Positions 12,301 to 23,000 of a stretch of 64,000 bases of DNA are shown in pieces; the first letter of the stretch is position 1; each line of letters starts with the position of its first letter. The stretch is from contig NIVC01002293.1 of assembly GCA_002269645.1 (NCBI GenBank), forward strand, positions 62,001 to 126,000, read 5' to 3'. The notes beneath the pieces are model-generated. The model saw nothing but the letters and a program-made list of their open reading frames with translations. It had not been told where the DNA came from and did not search any database. Origin of the DNA: Macrostomum lignano (Eukaryota). The position numbers were made by a program, and so were the translations under genes.

Positions 12301-15300
12301 ATTGACCCCCACCCCAAGAAACGTCTATTGACCCCCACCCCAAGAAACATCGATTGATCCCCCCTTCTTCGGAACGTCGATTGCCCCCCCCCACCCCAAG
12401 AAACGTCGATTGACCCCTACCCAAGAAACGTCGATCGACCCCCACCCAAGAAACGTCTATTGACCCCCACCCCAAGAAACGTCGATTGACCCCCACCCCA
12501 AGAAACGTCTATTGACCCCCACCCCAAGAAACGTCTATTGACCCCCACCCCAAGAAACGTCTATTGACCCCCACCCCAAGAAACGTCTATTGACCCCCAC
12601 CCCAAGAAACGTCGATTGACCCCCACCCCAAGAAACGTCGATTGATCCCCCTTTCTTCGGAACGTCGATTGCCCCCGCCCAAGAAACGTCTATTGACCCC
12701 CACCCCAAGAAACGTCTATTGACCCCCACCCAAGAAACGTCTATTGACCCCCACCCCAAGAAACGTCGATTGATCCCCCTTTCTTCGGAACGTCGATTGC
12801 CCCCCCCACCCCAAGAAACGTCGATTGACCCCCACCCCAAGAAACGTCGATCGACCCCCACCCCAAGAAACGTCTATTGACCCCCACCCCAAGAAACGTC
12901 TATTGACCCCCACCCCAAGAAACGTCGATTGATCCCCCTTTCTTCGGAACGTCGATTGCCCCCCCCCACCCCAAGAAACGTCTATTGACCCCCACCCCAA
13001 GAAACGTCGATTGACCCCCACCCCAAGAAACGTCTATTGACCCCCACCCCAAGAAACGTCGATTGATCCCCCTTTCTTCGGAACGTCGATTGCCCCCCCC
13101 ACCCCAAGAAACGTCGATTGACCCCTACCCCAAGAAATGTCGATCGACCTTCTTTCCAAGAAACGTCCATTGACCTTTTTGCAAGAAACGTCCATTGACC
13201 TTCTTTCCAAGAAACCTCGATTGACCTTCTTTCTAAGAAACGTCGATTGACCTTCTTTCTAAGAAACGTCGATTGACTTTTTCCAAGAAACGTCCATTGA
13301 CCTTCTTTCCAAGAAACGTCGATTTACCTTCTTTTTAAGAAACGTCGATTGACATTCTTTCTAAGAAACGTCGATTGACCTTCTTTCTAAGAAACGTCGA
13401 TTGACCTTCTTTCTAAGAAACGTCGATTTACCTTCTTTCTAAGAAACGTCGATTGACCTTCTTTCCAAGAAACTTCGATTGACATTCTTTCCAAGAAGCG
13501 TCAGCTGACCCCGGAACCTGCACCCGCAGATATTCTACATCTTCATGCACGGCCTGGGCATAGTCTGCATCGTCTACCTCAACACGTTGATCTCTTGCCA
13601 TCAGCATCACCGAGCCGCCGACTTCACCCCCGAGGAGGCCGCCAGAAGCAAGGCGGAATTCCAGCAGCCGACGGTCAGCTTCAGCCCGGAGGCCATCGCC
13701 GGGACCGCCGCATCGACATCCAGCGGCAGCAAGTTTTTCATGCCCGAAGACCGCGACAGCGTCGATGAGCAGCTTCCCGACGGTCACTTCACGGCGACAA
13801 CTCTCTGCGCGAGGAGCGGCTGCGTCGGAGACCGCGACGGCATCGCTGCCGATTCTGGCCAGCCCAAAGTCGACGCCGACGCCGTGCAGATCGAGCTGGC
13901 TGGCCAGGCCGCCGACGCGCTCGTCTACGAGGAGTCCGGGCCGCAGCGCGCCGACGACGTGCCCGCGGCGTTGACGGAGCCGGTCGAGTTCGAGGCGAAC
14001 GATTCGAGCAGAGGCCGCCGCCTCCGCCGACGCCGGCGGGTGGCGTCGCACAAGAAGCTGATCGGCAACGTGCAGAAGAGGCTGTCGAGGACCTGGAGGT
14101 CGCCGCCAACGATGGGTAGGCCCAGCATGAGGAGCTCGGGTTGACTCGAGTGGAATAAATAGGGCGATAAATAAGTAAAACTCGCACCTCTATTTTGTTC
14201 GCAGACGAAAGTTGGAAGCATCCGGTGAAGAAGATCACCTGGTCAGCAGTTGGAGTGAATCTCTACCTGCGTCTGGGCGCCATCGGTGAGTCATTATAAA
14301 AAATAGCCTTAGCTTTTTAGGTGACATTTACCTTTTCATGTCTTCGAGTGAGGGCCGTTCATCCTCAAATTTTCACAAAGCTCAGGATTCTCCTTCCTAT
14401 TTCTTTGGCTAGAGATTCCGATTGATTGCAGACAAGCTAGTATTCCCATTCCCATTTTGGATTCCCCTTCCCATTTGAGATTCTGCTTCCCATTTTGGAA
14501 CTCCCTTGCCATTTGAGGTTCCCGTTCTAATTTAGAATTCCCTATCCAATTTAGGATTCCCCTTTCATTTTGGGATTCCCTATTGAATTTGAGAGTCTCC
14601 TTCTTATTGGGATTCCCCTTCCCAATTCGGGATTCCCCTTCCCAATTTGGGATTCCTCTTCCCAAGTTGGGATTCCCCTTTTCAATTGGATTACCCATCC
14701 CAATTTGGGATTTCCCTTCCCAATTCGGGATTCCCCTTCCTAATTCGGGATTCCCATCCTAATTTGGGATTCCCCTTCCCAATTTGGGATTCCCCTTCCC
14801 AATTTGGGATTCCCCTTCCCAATTCGAGATTTCCCTTCCCAATTTGGAATTCCCCTCCCCAATTTGAGATTTCCCTTCCCACTACCCACTGTTCTGTATT
14901 CCCAATCTTGTCGGTGGAATTTCTCAACTGCCCTCCCCACCTCCCAGTATTCGGCTTCGGCGTGATGGTTCACGACGGATTCAAAATCGCTGACGTACTG
15001 GAACGCCCAGGTAGCGAAGTGTGCGTGGGCCCGTGGTTCCTGCCAAAGCGCTGCATCCACCTGCTGTTCATCATGTGCCAGACTTACTACGTGTTCAAGC
15101 ACCACAGGGTGACCATCAACACTCAGAAGGCGCTGGTGCGTTTCGTTTTCGTTCACCTGATCGTCACGAACCTGTGCATCTGGGTCAAGACGGTGGTCTA
15201 CGAGATCAAGGTGGGCCTGACTCCCAAGAACAGCAGCAGCGATAGCAACGGCAGTTCCAATTATGTGGCCGAGATGCTCAAGAATGGCACTGGTATGTTT

Positions 15301-17892
15301 TTTATATTTTTTAAATACCTAGCTTTCCCGAAACCCGAAATTTCTCAAACCCGAAATTTCTCAAACCCGAAATTTCTCAAACCCGAAGTTTCTCAAACCC
15401 GAAATTTCCCGAACTCGAAATTTCTCAAACCAGAAATTCCCAAACCCGAAATTTCCCAAATCCGAAATTTCCCAAACCCGAAATTTCCCAAACCCGAAAT
15501 TTCCCAAACTTGAAATTTCCAAAACCAAAATTTCCCAAACCCGAAATTTCCCAAACCCGAAATTTCCCAAACCCGAAATTTCCCAAACTCGAAATTTCCA
15601 AAACCAAAATTTTCCAAACCCAAACTTTCTCAGACCCGAAATTACCGAAACCCGAAATTCCCGAAATCCAAAATTTCTCAGACCCGAAATTTCAAAGCCT
15701 TTTCCCATCTGTAGTTTGTCACACTTAAAAACTGTTGCAGACCTGAAGCCATACTCAAACCATATATAACTCGATATATTGGCATCAATAAATAATAAAT
15801 CACTGAAGCCGGACCGAACCCCCAACCCCCACCTCAGACGGCTGTCACGGTCGCTACCTAGAGGAGGACAGCCCGTCCTACCAGCTGGGGCCCTACCTGT
15901 ACCCCTGCGCGGTTGAGTACGGCCTCATCTGCGCTGCCATCTGCTACAAGTTTTTCAGCAGAGTTGGCGACCTGGATATCGTGCCCTACGGCAGGAAGGA
16001 GCAACAGCAGGGCCCGAGATCGACCACCTGTCACAAGTCGCACAAGGGGCTGTTCATGGGGCTGATGATCATGATCTGCGTGCTGGTGCCCATGATCAGC
16101 CTGATACTGCTGCAGATGAAGAAGCAGACTGAGTACAAGTGCGACACTGGTTGACTTCTTTTGGATTCTTTTGTATGCGATTTTAGCGGCTCCACTGGCA
16201 TCCCAAAGTGGAACCCCTGGCAACCAAAATTGGCGCCCTTGACAACCAAAATTTTGCGCCCTTGACAACCAAATTGGCGCACTTGACAACCAAAATTGGC
16301 TCCCTTGACAACCAAAATTGGCTCCCTTGACAACCAAAATTAGCATCCTTGACAACCAAAATTAGCTCCCTTGACAACCAAATTGGCAACCTTGACAACT
16401 AAAATTGATGCCCTTGACAACCAAAATTGATGCCCTTGACAACCAAAATTGATGCCCTTGACAACCAAAATTGATGCCCTTGACAACCAAAATTGATGCC
16501 CTTGACAACCAAAATTGGCTCCCTTGACCACCAAAAGTGGCGCCCTTGTCAACCAAAATTGGCGGCCTTGACAACCAAAATTGATGCGCTTGACAACCAA
16601 AATTGTCTCCCTTGACAACCAAAATTGGCTCCCTTGACAACCAAAATTAGCTCCCTTGACACGTTCTTGACAACCTAAATTGGCGCCCTTGACAACCAAG
16701 TTGGCGTCCTTGACATTTCCACAGTACAAAACAACTACTCCCAACGTATTCCGCAGGGATGTGTACATCCTAGCCGTGATCCTCACCGAGTGCTCAGTGC
16801 TCTGCTTCACCACCGGCATGGCTCTGGCCGGCATAGTGAAGGCCATCCGGAACCTGCGCCTCTACAAAGTTCGCGGCAATGAGACCTTTGATGTCAACCT
16901 GCTGTTTGTGGGTCTGGCGGGCATCGTCTGCTACAACCTGTTCGTGGCCATCTCTGTGGGAGCCTGCCTGATGGACACCAAAGAGGGAGAGCATTGTAAC
17001 TGGGGCGACAAGGTGAGGAGAGGCTCGATCGCTGGGACCGAGCTGGATTTGTAGGGACTCGAGCTGGATTTGTAGGGACTCGAGCTGGGTTTGTAGGGAT
17101 TCGAGCTGGATTTGTAGGGACTCGAGCTGGATTTGTAGGGACTCGAGCTGGATTTGTAGGGACTCGAGCTGGATTTGTAGGGATTCGAGCTGGATTTGTA
17201 GGGACTCGAGCTGGGTTTGTAGGGACTCGAGCTGGATTTGTAGGGACTCGAGCTGGATTTGTAGGGACTCGAGCTGGATTTGTAGGGACTCGAGCTGGAT
17301 TTGTAGGGACTCGAGCTGGATTTGTAGGGACTCGAGCTGGATTTGTAGGGACTCGAGCTGGATTTGTAGGGACTCGAGCTGGATTTGTAGGGACTCGAGC
17401 TGGATTTGTAGGGACTCGAGCTGGGCTCGAACTGAGTTTCCAGGGTGTTGACCGCTAGCACTCGGTAAAAGTTCAACTCGAACCCAATCGAAACAGGCCG
17501 AGTTTTACAACACCAAAGCCAACGGTTTCAAGTCCATGCTGGAGGTGGCGCAATCCGTGCTGCAGACTCTGTTCATCATGCAGGCCATCCAGCGGAAGGT
17601 GACAATGAAACTCATCGAGGGCATGCACAAGCCGGGCCGCGGCGTCACCATCGCGCTGCTCATCGCCAACCTGGCCATGTGGGTGGCCTCGGTGTTCGAG
17701 GCTCAACGCAACATCGCTGAGAACTTCCTGTTGACCTACTTCGGAGACATGCCCTGGAAAATTATAAAGTACATCTTCCTACCGTTGATTATATTTTTTA
17801 GATTTCACTCGACCGTGTGCTTGTCCGAGATCTGGATACAGAGCTACAAGCCGCAGAAGGGGCACCAGCATCGTCACCATCACGATGCGTGA
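6336..17892 (+). CDS. OTOP: Otopetrin-family proton channel, 8 coding exons, about 736 aa
   Basis: Exons: 6336-6421, 7137-7302, 13530-14115, 14205-14285, 14948-15292, 15838-16132, 16757-17012, 17497-17892; all phases are consistent. Family motifs: GVNLYLRLGAIVFGFG, RFVFVHLIVTNLCIW, YLYPCAVEYGLIC, CHKSHKGLFMG, KPGRGVTIALLIANLAMW, IFFRFHSTVCLSEIW. Exon 1 and the exon 2 acceptor are less certain than the rest. Confidence 0.92.
6560..7030. repeat. Degenerate ~21-bp GTGACA-rich minisatellite in otopetrin intron 1
   Basis: Repeats of CATAGTGACAGTGTGACAA.. and CAGTGACT. Confidence 0.9.
7490..13500. repeat. ~6-kb satellite (25-26-bp monomer, higher-order organisation) filling otopetrin intron 2
   Basis: Monomer ACCCCCACCCCAAGAAACGTC[T/G]ATTG, with a recurring variant ATCCCCCTTTCTTCGGAACGTCGATTG. 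Both flanks are degenerate. Confidence 0.97.
14440..14880. repeat. 20-bp minisatellite in otopetrin intron 4
   Basis: (AATTTGGGATTCCCCTTCCC)n; the junction forms the TCCCA-ATT-TGGGA hairpin. Confidence 0.92.
15320..15690. repeat. 16-bp minisatellite in otopetrin intron 5
   Basis: (AAACCCGAAATTTCCC)n. Confidence 0.93.
16215..16715. repeat. 22-bp minisatellite in otopetrin intron 6
   Basis: (CTTGACAACCAAAATTGATGCC)n with variants. Confidence 0.93.
17036..17425. repeat. 21-bp minisatellite in otopetrin intron 7
   Basis: (GAGCTGGATTTGTAGGGACTC)n, about 18 near-perfect copies. Confidence 0.95.
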
Positions 17893-19239
17893 TTCGGCGG
17901 GGCCAAGTGTACGATCGTAATTCGTACAGTAGTCTTAAATCCGGAAATTTTATCTTTTGGGGCTAAATTTGTCGTTAGTGCGAAATTACTTTCTTCAGAT
18001 TTTTACTTTTTACTTTTATCTTTAAGATAAACACTTAAAGCTGTGATCAACAATTGCTGAAATATCTATTAATTTATGTAGTTATGTATGGAATTGCATT
18101 ATTAGATTGATTCATCATTATTAAACTAAATACAAGATATTATTGTATTATTATTATTATTATTAATATATTAATTATTAAACTCAACTTTACAAGATAA
18201 ACTCAATAAAAAAGTTAAACCTAGAAAATCATAAGGATAAAAACTGAAAATTTATAAACGTCTAAATTTTGTTTTAATAGAATTTATTCATTCGGCAGGA
18301 TATCAACAAAATTTTATCGTTAAAAGCCAATCAATGAATGTTTAGTTGTAATAAAAAGTCTGGTTGTAATGAAATCACATTGCAGATTCGAACTTTTCAT
18401 AGGGTTTAAGCCGGTAATTAAAACTCAAAACACCGCATAAATGGGCTACCGAGTGAAAATGGTCCTCTTCACCGGGACTAAAATCTTTATGCTTTTTGCT
18501 TTTTAATTATCAGAGTAAAATCAAATTTTTGTTAAAACACAACCCTTTATTACAAAAATTCCTTGGCTTCTTAAACTTATTTTAACGCTTATATTTTTCA
18601 AGTCTGAATTTTTCGATCTTTGGACTACCAATCATAATTGTCAGTGTTTGTTAAAATGCATCGCATATCTTTATTTTATCTTCGTATTTTCGCAGTGCAT
18701 CCGCCTCCGTGTGAACAAATTTTTTTCAAGTTGTCATTCATAATCTTTTGACCATCCATATTTTGATTCATTCAAGACTGCCATTTAGATTCAGAAACAT
18801 TCTTTCCGCTTTCCATTATCTTCTTTCTCGCATTTTCATTTTGTCATTCTGATGTGTTTTTGCTTCACTTCTATAGCGAGAATTAAAAATATTTAAATTT
18901 TATCAGTTCGTTCATAAATGGAAGAATTACTTAATTCAGAATATCATTCGTTATATTTTTAGAATAAACTATATGATAATAATTAAAATTTCAGATATGT
19001 GAATTAGTAAAAATTGCTACGGCAAATTCATGACTGTAATTGGCTGATTAGTTACCAATGCTACTACTGATAAATGTTGGTTTTCTAATCTTTAAGATGA
19101 CTACGAAAAACTTAATATTGATTTATTCTAACACAAAAAGTTAACCTGCTCTTTAAAGTTTACGTCAAGAAAGAAAATACACAAAATAAAAAATGATACA
19201 CTGGCACAGTTTGCACCAGAATTCAATCAAACATTATCT

Positions 19240-19995
19240 ACGGAGAAATCTACAAATCCCTGGAACAATCCACCAATTCAGAAAACAGTCTAGCACGATC
19301 CAAGAAGCAATCAAATAATCTAGAAAACAATCTGCCATAATCCAGGAAACAATCTACCAATCTAGGGAACAATCTACAAATCCAGAGAACAATCTACCGA
19401 TTCAGAGAACAATCTACCGATTCAGAGAACAATTTACCGATTCAGAGAACAATCTACTGATTCAGAGAACAATCTACCGATTCAGAGAACAATCTATCGA
19501 TTCAGAGAACAATCTATAATCGATTTAGAGAACAATCTACTGATTCAGAGAACAATGTACCGATTCAGAGAACAATCTACCGATTCAGAGAACAATCTAC
19601 CAATTCAGAAAACAGTCTAGCACGATCCGGGAAGCAATCTAATAATCTAGAAAACAATCTGCCATAATCCAGGCAACAATCTACCAATCTAGGGACCAAT
19701 CTACAAATCCAGAGAACAATCTACTGATTCAGAGAACAATCTACCGATTCAGAGAACAATCTACCGATTCAGAGAACAATCTACCGATTCAGAAAACAAT
19801 CTACCGATTCAGAGAACAATCTACCGATTCAGAGAACAATGTACTGATTCAGAGAACAATCTACTGATTCAGAGAACAATCTACCGATTCAGAGAACAAT
19901 CTATCGATTCGGAGAACAATCTACTGATTCAGAGAACAATCTACCGATTCAGAGAACAATATACCGATTCAGAGAACAATCTACCAATCCTAGAG
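19240..19995. repeat. 20-bp minisatellite between the otopetrin and WDSUB1 3' ends
   Basis: (GATTCAGAGAACAATCTACC)n, with a duplicated block of variant units at about 19275 and 19600. Confidence 0.93.
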
Positions 19996-20072
19996 AACAA
20001 ACCTCCCACTTAAATCAGAGAGCAAAAGCGTGCTAATGGAGACGCAATGAACGATCAGAAAGATTAGGTGTG

Positions 20073-23000
20073 CTACGCTGACGATGGCTGATCAACTCTC
20101 AGATGTTTCAAAATGAGTTTCCGCAGGCTCCTATTTGGTATGAGCTGCTGTCCGAGTGGCTGTCCGGTCATGGGACTCACGCAGCGACCGGACGCGAACC
20201 AGGTCTCTATAGCCGACCTCTCGTAGGTGTGCCCGTCAGCCGCGATCACGGGGTCGAGCATCACCTCCCGCGTGACTGGACAGACGAACTCCGCTGTAAT
20301 GTTGGCGACTTCAGAAGGTAGTTTGGTACAGACAATCCATATTTTTGTAAAATTATGATGAGGTTCTGAGCTTGGGAAGTTTCGAGTTTGTGAAGTTTCA
20401 GTTTGTGAAGTTTCGAGTTTGTGAAGTTTCGAGTTTGTGAAGTTTCGAGTTTGTGAAGTTTTTAGTGTGTGAAGTTTCGAGTTTGTGAAGTTTCGAGCTT
20501 GTGAAGTTTCGAGTTTGTGAAGTTTCGAGCTTGTGAAGTTTCGAGTTTGTGAAGTTTCAGTTTGTGAAGTTTCGAGTTTGTGAAATTTCGAGCTTGGGAA
20601 GTTCGAGTTTGGGAAGTTCGAGTTTGGGAAGTTTCGAGCTTGGGAAGTTTCGAGTTTGTCACTTATACTGAAGTAAACAGGCAACTTCTCTCTATGTATA
20701 TACGAGCGTACGTATATGAAAAGTACTAAACAGTTTTTTTAAAAGGCTGAGAACTAAGTTTTCCCGTAAAAAATGTTCTTCTGCAACTTGTAGCTTATAA
20801 ATAATGAATTCTGTAGAACTGCTTCTCAAGCTGCATGTCGTTAGGGCTGTGCATTGAATGCCATGAGTAAAAGGTGGGTGGCGTGGGTGAGCGACAAAAG
20901 GCAGTTTGGGATTCTCTCTCACCTGGGTGCTGGGGCGGCTCCGCAGCCCGATGGGCGGGGCCGCGCAGTGAGGCCACGGCTTTCAGGATTTTCCTGCGGT
21001 CTGCAGCGACTTCTGCAAGTTCATTGTGAGGGGCAGAGCTGACGGAAGTGAGGGGCAGAGCTGACGGAAGTGAGGGGCAGAGCTGACGGAAGTGAGGGGC
21101 AGAGCTGACGGAAGTGAGGGGCAGAGCTGACGGAAGTGAGGGGCAGAGCTGACGGAAGTGAGGGGCAGAGCTGACGGAAGTGAGGGGCAGAGCTGACGGA
21201 AGTGAGGGGCAGAGCTGACGGAAGTGAGGGGCAGAGCTGACGGAAGTGAGGGGCAGAGCTGACGGAAGTGAGGGGCAGAGCTGACGGAAGTGAGGGGCAG
21301 AGCTGACGGTTTGAAGTGATAAACTTGAAGGCCCCCAAAAGCGGAGAGGCACATGATGAACTCCAAAGCAGGTTTCAGAGTAAGAAGCATCTTGTCCTAT
21401 CTTTCAAAGGTGCGCCGCCAGCCGCCCCTCACCCGCGGCAGCAGTTCGTGTCCCGCTGGGATCCGTCAGTCGGCGGTAAACTTGTCACAGATGGTGGGGC
21501 CAGAGCGACATCCCACAGCGGGAGGTCTTGCCCGCATAGGCAAGTGAATGAAGAACTCACGGAGGGAAACTGTAAAACTAGCCAAGCAGTGCAACTCCCT
21601 GCTAAATAATTCAGCTCCAATCTGCAGATAGGGAAGCTGAAAATCAGGGCTGAAACCGGACACCACCGGCTCACAGTGCTGAATGCCGCTGAGGGAAAAA
21701 CTAATAACAAGAATGTCTGACTCGAGATTAGGATTGTGTTTCGTTTTTTTGAAAAACAGACGATATCGATCCTGAGGTGGAGATTTGCAACTGGGGCATT
21801 GGGATGCTGTTGTCAGGCTGATGAGGAGCCAGTAATCCGCATGGGATTTCATAATTTCACACCCCAGGAGAAGCTTTGAGCCAGGTAGATTGAGACTTCA
21901 CAGTAGACAGTGCTGAGATGCACGGTGAGAAAAAATGTGGAACGAATGTTTAGGTGGAGGGTGCGGCAGAGGGTGCGGCAGAGGGTGAGGCAGAGGGTGA
22001 GGCAGAGGGTGAGGCAGAGGGTGAGGCAGAGGGTGAGGCAGAGGGTGAGGCAGAGGGTGAGGCAGAGGGTGAGGCAGAGGGTGAGGCAGAGGGTGAGGCA
22101 GAGGGTGAGGCAGAGGGTGAGGCAGAGGGTGAGGCAGAGGGTGAGACAGAGGTTGAGACAAAGGGTGAGGCAGAGGGTGAGGCAGAGGGTGAGGCAGAGG
22201 GTGAGGCAGAGGGTGAGGCAGAGGTTGAGACAAAGGGTGAGGCAGAGGGTGAGGCAAAGGATGAGGCAGAGGGTGAGACAGAGGTTGAGACAAAGGGTGA
22301 GGCAGAGGGTGAGACAGAGGTTGAGACAAAGGGTGAGGCAGAGGGTGAGGCAAAGGATGAGGCAGAGGGTGAGACAGAGGTTGAGACAAAGGGTGAGGCA
22401 GAGGGTGAGACAGAGGTTGAGACAAAGGATGAGGCAGAGGGTGAGACAGAGGTTGAGACAAAGGATGAGGCAGAGGGTGAGACAGACGGTGAGGCAGAGG
22501 GTGAGGCAGAGGGTGAGGCAGAGGTTGAGACAAAGGGTGAGGCAGAGGGTGAGGCAAAGGATGAGGCAGAGGGTGAGACAGAGGTTGAGACAAAGGATGA
22601 GGCAGAGGGTGAGACAGAGGTTGAGACAAAGGATGAGGCAGAGGGTGAGACAGACGGTGAGGCAGAGGGTGAGGCAGACGGTGAGACAGAGGGTGAGATA
22701 GAGGGTGAGACAGAGGGTGAGGCAGAGGGTGAGACAGAGGGTGAGATAGAGGGTGAGGCAGAGGGATGAGGCAGAGGGTGAGGCAGTCTCACCGACGCCC
22801 AGCTGGTCGCGCAGCCGCCGGTCCGTGAGGCTCAGCAAGGCGCTGCCATCCACGCGGTCCCGTCGGAAGGCAGGCAGCAGCTCCCGCAGCCCGAGACCGT
22901 CCAGCAGGCGGGCCACCTCGTCGACGGTCCAGGTGGATATCGGGGAAGTCGGCAGCTTCTGGATGGTCGCAGCCAGGCGGGCAGCGCGACGAGCTTTCGC

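Noticed and set aside
7419-13170. Dozens of GVNRRFLGWGSIDVSW-type ORFs
   Set aside because: Translations of the intron 2 satellite.
14440-14880. Array of NF-kB-like GGGATTCCCC sites
   Set aside because: A motif match inside a minisatellite is expected by chance among about 30 arrays; there is no independent evidence of function.
16931-17476. Extensin-like (SSSPYKS)n ORF
   Set aside because: Antisense reading of the 21-bp array in otopetrin intron 7.
21898-22792. Acidic (GEAE)n, (RQRV)n and (PHPL)n ORFs
   Set aside because: All frames of a 12-bp array are open by construction; no evidence of independent coding.
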